Of a stretch of 64,000 bases of DNA, positions 59,715-64,000 are shown in pieces. The stretch is from Humibacter sp. (GTDB taxonomy: Bacteria; Actinomycetota; Actinomycetes; Actinomycetales; Microbacteriaceae). A program made the position numbers and the translations under genes. The number at the start of each line of letters is the position of its first letter. Positions within the stretch are counted from its first letter, which is position 1. The notes beneath the pieces are model-generated. The model was given only the letters and a program-made list of their open reading frames with translations. It searched no databases and was not told the origin of the DNA. The stretch lies in assembly GCF_035547335.1 (NCBI RefSeq), contig NZ_DASZVF010000067.1, positions 21,768 to 85,767 on the forward strand, in the 5' to 3' direction.

Positions 59715-61445
59715 CTAGTCGTTCGCGGCTTCGGCGCCCGGCTCGACCAGCGGGAGGCTCACACGGAACGTGGCACCACCGCCCGGCGTCTCGACCACGT
59801 CGACGGTGCCGTGGTGCGCGACCACGATGGATGCGACGATCGCGAGCCCGAGCCCGCTGCCGCCCGTCTCGCGAGTGCGTGACGTGTCGGCCCGCCAGAA
59901 CCGCTGGAAGATCTTCTCCCTGATCTGCGGCGGAACGCCCTCGCCATGATCGATGACGGAGAGCACGGCCACGTGCTGGTCGGGATCGACGGAGACGCCG
60001 ATCTCGAGCGGGCTTCCCGCAGGCGTGTATCGAACGGCGTTGCCGATCAGGTTGGCGAGCACCTGCCGAAGCTTGTTCTCGTCGGCCATCACGAGCGGCC
60101 GCACCGTCGGCGTCTCCGGGATGTCCGCGAGCTCCAGCGGCACGGTCTCGAGGCCCGGCTCGGTCTTGCGCTGACGACGACGGAGCCTGGCGAGCGTCGC
60201 GCCGGCGAATCCGATCGGTCCGGTGGCGTTGCGCGACCGCTGTGCGGGGCCGCGGGAGCCGGATGCCTGCTCCTCCGCTTCCTCGTCGGCCTGCGCATCC
60301 GCAGCGGCCTCCGCGGCCGACGGTCCCGGCGGAGGCGGCGGGAGAGGGGGCAGCGACAGCACGACCGAGACGGTGCGATCCGGGTTGCCGGCGTTGGCAT
60401 CCAGTGCCGCGTCGTGCGCGAGGGGGACGAGGTCGACGAGCGTCAGCGTGAGTGGCCTGGTCTGATCCAGTCGTGCGAGCTCCAGCAGGTCCTCGACCAG
60501 GAGGCCCATGCGAACGGCCTCCTTCTCGATGCGGTCCATGGCCTGGGCGATCTCGTCGGGCGTCTGCAGGGCGCCCATCCGGTAGAGCTCCGCGTAACCC
60601 CGCACCGACACGAGCGGTGTGCGCAACTCGTGGCTGGCATCCCCGACGAAGCGCCGCATCTGATCGATCGTGCGTGCGCGGTCTTTGAAGGCCTGGTCGA
60701 TGCGGTTGAGCATCGTGTTCAGCGAACGGTTCAACCTTCCGACCTCGGTGTTCGGGGTCGCACCGCCGAGCCGCTGGCTGAAATCGCCGTCGGCGATCTC
60801 GGCCGCCGTGCGCTCGACTTCGCGTAGCGGCCGGAACGTGGTGGTGACGAGCGCCCTGGTCAGGAAGGCACCGATGATGACGACGATGACCCCGAAGCTG
60901 AAGAAGATGGACAGGTAGCTCGCCAGCGTGATGTCCAGTGGCGACGTGGAGACGGCGATCAGCGCCGTGCCGTACGTGGGCGTCGCGCTCTGCAGCTGGA
61001 CGACGGCGCACACGCTGCGGAAGTTGCTGAGGCCGTCACGGCTCTGCAGCCACGCGGCGCTGCGGTTCGCGCAGGCGGCACCCTCGTCGAGCGTGAGGTG
61101 CGCGGGTACGGCCGGCTTCTTGCCGTCCGGCACCGAGCTCCAGTTCTGAGCGAGCAGCGATCCGTCGGCGCCGTACAGCGCGACGTAGAAGCTGGCGGTG
61201 TTGTTCTGCCCGATGACCGGACCCGTGCTCTTCTTGCCGTCGCTGGGCAGGATGGCGTTGATGCTGTCCGGCTGGGAGGCGATGGCCTCCAGCTGCTGGT
61301 CGAACAGGTTGATGAGCACCGGCTTGAACAGCAGCATCGTTCCGAGGCCGGCCACCAGCAGGCCGAACGTGAGCACGAGCACCGTGACGCCCGTGATCTT
61401 CGTGCGAAGCGAGATCGAGTTCCACCGATCGAACACCGTGCTCAT
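59715..61445 (-). CDS. sensor histidine kinase (2 TM, HAMP, HisKA, HATPase) with a low-complexity insert
   Basis: H-box GDASHELRTPL, N-box NLIGNAVRYT, G-boxes DHGEGV / GGSGLGLAIV. Confidence 0.9.
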   Translation of the reverse strand: MSTVFDRWNSISLRTKITGVTVLVLTFGLLVAGLGTMLLFKPVLINLFDQQLEAIASQPDSINAILPSDGKKSTGPVIGQNNTASFYVALYGADGSLLAQNWSSVPDGKKPAVPAHLTLDEGAACANRSAAWLQSRDGLSNFRSVCAVVQLQSATPTYGTALIAVSTSPLDITLASYLSIFFSFGVIVVIIGAFLTRALVTTTFRPLREVERTAAEIADGDFSQRLGGATPNTEVGRLNRSLNTMLNRIDQAFKDRARTIDQMRRFVGDASHELRTPLVSVRGYAELYRMGALQTPDEIAQAMDRIEKEAVRMGLLVEDLLELARLDQTRPLTLTLVDLVPLAHDAALDANAGNPDRTVSVVLSLPPLPPPPPGPSAAEAAADAQADEEAEEQASGSRGPAQRSRNATGPIGFAGATLARLRRRQRKTEPGLETVPLELADIPETPTVRPLVMADENKLRQVLANLIGNAVRYTPAGSPLEIGVSVDPDQHVAVLSVIDHGEGVPPQIREKIFQRFWRADTSRTRETGGSGLGLAIVASIVVAHHGTVDVVETPGGGATFRVSLPLVEPGAEAAND

Positions 61446-61529
61446 CGGCGCTGCGTTCTCGGCGGCAGGGCTGGCATCACAGGATGGGAGCCTAGGCGGT
61501 CAAGCTGGGCGAAGCCGTGCGCGGCGTTC

Positions 61530-62222
61530 TCAGACCTTCGCGGCCTTGAGCATGTAGCCGAAACCGCGCTTCGTCTGGATGAGCGGCTCGCTGGAGTGCG
61601 CGTCGACCTTGCGGCGAAGGTAGGAGATGTAGCTCTCGACGATGCCGGCATCCCCATTGAAGTCGTACTCCCACACGTGGTCGAGGATCTGCGCCTTCGA
61701 CAGCACCCGGTTCGGGTTGAGCATGAGGTAGCGCAGAAGCTTGAACTCGGTGGGGGAGAGTTCGATCGCGGTGTCGCCGACGAACACCTCGTGCGTGTCC
61801 TGGTCCATCGTGAGCTCGCCGGCGCGGATGATCGCGTCGTCGTCGGCCTGCATGGTGCGGCGCAGGATGGCCTTGATGCGCGCCACGATCTCATCGAGGC
61901 TGAACGGCTTGGTGACGTAGTCGTCGCCGCCCACCGTGAGGCCCGTGATCTTGTCCTCCGTGTCGTCCTTCGCGGTGAGGAACAGGATCGGCGCCGTGTA
62001 TCCGGCGCCCCGCAGCCGCTTCGTGACCCCGAACCCGTTCATGTCGGGGAGCATGACATCGAGGATGATGAGGTCGGGCTCCTCCTCCAGCACCGCGCTG
62101 ATCGCCTGGGCGCCGTTGCCGACGGCTCGCACCGCGAACCCGGCGAATCGAAGACTGGTGGTGAGGAGGTCGCGGATGTTCGGCTCGTCGTCGACGATGA
62201 GGATGCGGGGTCCGGTGCTCAT
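61530..62222 (-). CDS. OmpR-family response regulator
   Basis: PRILIVDDEPNIRDLL...LDVMLPD...TAKDD and a wHTH C-terminus. Start at the in-frame ATG 62222. Confidence 0.92.
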   Translation of the reverse strand: MSTGPRILIVDDEPNIRDLLTTSLRFAGFAVRAVGNGAQAISAVLEEEPDLIILDVMLPDMNGFGVTKRLRGAGYTAPILFLTAKDDTEDKITGLTVGGDDYVTKPFSLDEIVARIKAILRRTMQADDDAIIRAGELTMDQDTHEVFVGDTAIELSPTEFKLLRYLMLNPNRVLSKAQILDHVWEYDFNGDAGIVESYISYLRRKVDAHSSEPLIQTKRGFGYMLKAAKV

Positions 62223-62423
62223 GCGCCCAGTCTCTGCGCGTTGGCTGGGATCTTTCTGTGAGTCTGTCGTACGGCATCCGCTGGCTGCGCGTGTGCGAGC
62301 AGGGGGTGCCCTTAGCGGTAATCGTGCACAGCGCGAAGGGATTGCACGACGGAGGGCCCGCTGTTGAAGAATCGAGGCAGGCGAATAGCCGACCGGCATG
62401 CGTCCGGCACGGAAGGGGTTGCG

Positions 62424-63659
62424 ATGTCCACACCGGAATTCGTCATCGTGGGAGGCGGCCTCGCGGCGGGGACCGCCGCCGTGACGCTGCGTGAGGAGGG
62501 CTACGACGGCCACCTCACCCTGATCGTGGCAGAGGCGCACAAGCCCTACATCCGGCCGCCGCTGTCGAAGGGATATCTCGCGGAGCTCGACGAGTCCGAG
62601 CTGTGGGTGCAGCAGGACGACTGGTGGCGCGACCACGACGTCGAGGTGCGCACCGGGCAGCACGCTCGCACCCTGAACCTGCGGGGCAGGAGCGTCGAGC
62701 TGGAGGGCGGCGGCAGCGTCCCGTTCGACCGCCTGCTCATCGCGACGGGTGCCACGCCCAAGAAGCTCGACGTGCCCGGCGGCGATGCCGACGGCATCCA
62801 CTATCTGCGCACGATCGAGGACTCCCGCGGCATCCGCGAGGCGACGGAGGACGGCGAGAAGAAGGTCGTGGTCGTGGGATCGGGATGGATCGGCATGGAG
62901 GTCGCCGCGACCGTCAGAGGCTTCGGCAACGAGGTGACGGTGGTCTCGCACGCCAAGGTGCCGCTCTCGACGGCCCTGGGGGACGAGCTAGGCGAGGTGT
63001 TCGCCCAGCTGCACCTCGACCATGGCGTTCGGCTGATCCGCGGAGCCGGTGTCGAGGGATTCGGGGTCTCGGATGGACGCGTGACCAGCGTGCGGTACGA
63101 CGGCGGCGAGGTCGAAGCGGATGTCGTCGTGGTGGGCACGGGCATCCAGCCGCTCGTGCGCATCGCGCAGGACGCCGGCCTGCAGACCGAGAAGGGCATC
63201 CTCGTCGACGCCGGGATGCGCACGGGAGTGGACGGCGTCTTCGCCGTCGGCGACGCGGCCGACCCGATGCATCCGGTCGTCGGCCAGCGGCTGCGCAGCG
63301 AGCACTGGGCGAACGCGATCGGCACGGGCCGCACGGCCGCCCTCAACATGCTCGACCGCGGCGTGGAGTACGACGACGTTCCGTACTTCTACACCGACCA
63401 GTTCGACCTGGGTATGGAGTACTCCGGGTACCGGCCGCTGATGGAAGACGCCCACGTCGTGTACCGCGGGGATGTTCCCGGTCGCGAGTTCGTGTCGTTC
63501 TGGGTGACTCCGGACGGCCGGGTGGTGGCCGGCATGAACGTCAACGTGTGGGACGTGAACGAGGACGTCCAGGCGCTGATCCGCGCCGCGCGTCCCGTCG
63601 ACGAGAGCCGTCTGGCCGATCCGAGCGTTCCACTCGGCGACCTCGTGGCGGGCGCGTGA
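62424..63659 (+). CDS. FAD-dependent pyridine-nucleotide-disulfide oxidoreductase (ferredoxin reductase-like)
   Basis: FVIVGGGLAAGTAA (FAD) and VVVVGSGWIGMEVA (NAD) Rossmann motifs, plus GDAA. GGAAGGGG SD before ATG 62424. Confidence 0.85.
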   Translation: MSTPEFVIVGGGLAAGTAAVTLREEGYDGHLTLIVAEAHKPYIRPPLSKGYLAELDESELWVQQDDWWRDHDVEVRTGQHARTLNLRGRSVELEGGGSVPFDRLLIATGATPKKLDVPGGDADGIHYLRTIEDSRGIREATEDGEKKVVVVGSGWIGMEVAATVRGFGNEVTVVSHAKVPLSTALGDELGEVFAQLHLDHGVRLIRGAGVEGFGVSDGRVTSVRYDGGEVEADVVVVGTGIQPLVRIAQDAGLQTEKGILVDAGMRTGVDGVFAVGDAADPMHPVVGQRLRSEHWANAIGTGRTAALNMLDRGVEYDDVPYFYTDQFDLGMEYSGYRPLMEDAHVVYRGDVPGREFVSFWVTPDGRVVAGMNVNVWDVNEDVQALIRAARPVDESRLADPSVPLGDLVAGA

Positions 63660-64000
63660 GCGTCTACCTGCCGCCGCTGCGCTCGCCGCAGCGCACGATC
63701 GGCGCGCACACCTTCGACTTCTCTCAGCGAGTCGCTGTGATGGCCGTCGTCAACCGCACGCCCGACTCGTTCTACGACCGCGGCGCGACGTTCGCTCTGG
63801 ATGCCGCGGTGCGTGCGTGCCTCACGGCGGTGGAGCACGGGGCCGACTGGATCGATGTCGGCGGGGTGCCGTTCAAGCCGGGGCCGGCTCTTCCGGTAGA
63901 GGAGGAGATCGCGCGCGTCGTCCCGGTGGTGGAGGCTCTGCGGCGTGAGTCCGACGTCGTCATCTCGGTGGACACATTCGAGCCCGAGGTGGCCAGACAC
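63656..64000 (+). CDS. dihydropteroate synthase-family protein (FolP/FolP2-like), 5' part only
   Basis: VMAVVNRTPDSFYDRGATF...GADWIDVGG pterin-binding motifs. The GTG overlaps the upstream stop (GTGA). Runs off the window end. Confidence 0.78.
   Translation, partial: MSVYLPPLRSPQRTIGAHTFDFSQRVAVMAVVNRTPDSFYDRGATFALDAAVRACLTAVEHGADWIDVGGVPFKPGPALPVEEEIARVVPVVEALRRESDVVISVDTFEPEVARH

Overview
High-GC (about 70%) actinobacterial chromosome segment. Gene content and synteny suggest Micrococcales/Microbacteriaceae, which is an inference. Most of the window is conserved core. It contains glyA-folD, a galT-galK/DeoR/aldose-epimerase cluster, and a large phosphate-homeostasis neighbourhood (pstSCAB, ppk-mutT1-like, mshD, glnR-like, gpmA, phoU, senX3-regX3). 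It also contains carD-ispDF-cysS-rlmB, msiK, msrB, cspA and groEL with a perfect CIRCE operator. I read two tRNAs directly from the sequence: Lys-UUU on the minus strand and Thr-UGU on the plus strand. Two stretches look accessory. (1) About 18.7-22.1 kb holds a HigBA toxin-antitoxin pair, a Tat-signal esterase broken by a 1-nt frameshift in a G4 run, and a decayed segment with no usable start. It also holds a 0.8-kb lower-GC insert carrying one TmrB-like P-loop gene, bracketed by a duplicated tRNA-Lys 3' end. (2) About 57.2-59.7 kb holds an orphan WXG100 (Esx-like) gene and a COG1373/DUF4143 AAA ATPase, flanked by two unrelated tandem-repeat arrays of 28 bp and 34 bp. Other points of interest: candidate PHO boxes at pstS and in the phoU/senX3 intergenic region. 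A CebR-type palindrome upstream of an exported GH1 beta-glucosidase. A 21-bp-phased array of perfect 12-bp palindromes upstream of a padR three-gene operon. A REP-like 20-nt element present three times. A nitrobindin gene whose conserved N-terminus lies upstream of any canonical start codon. I did not recognise a complete, clearly novel multi-gene system. The repeat-flanked ATPase/WXG100 locus, the padR palindrome array and the tRNA-Lys mini-island are the best candidates for follow-up. All homology calls come from reading the translated ORFs from memory. No searches were run.
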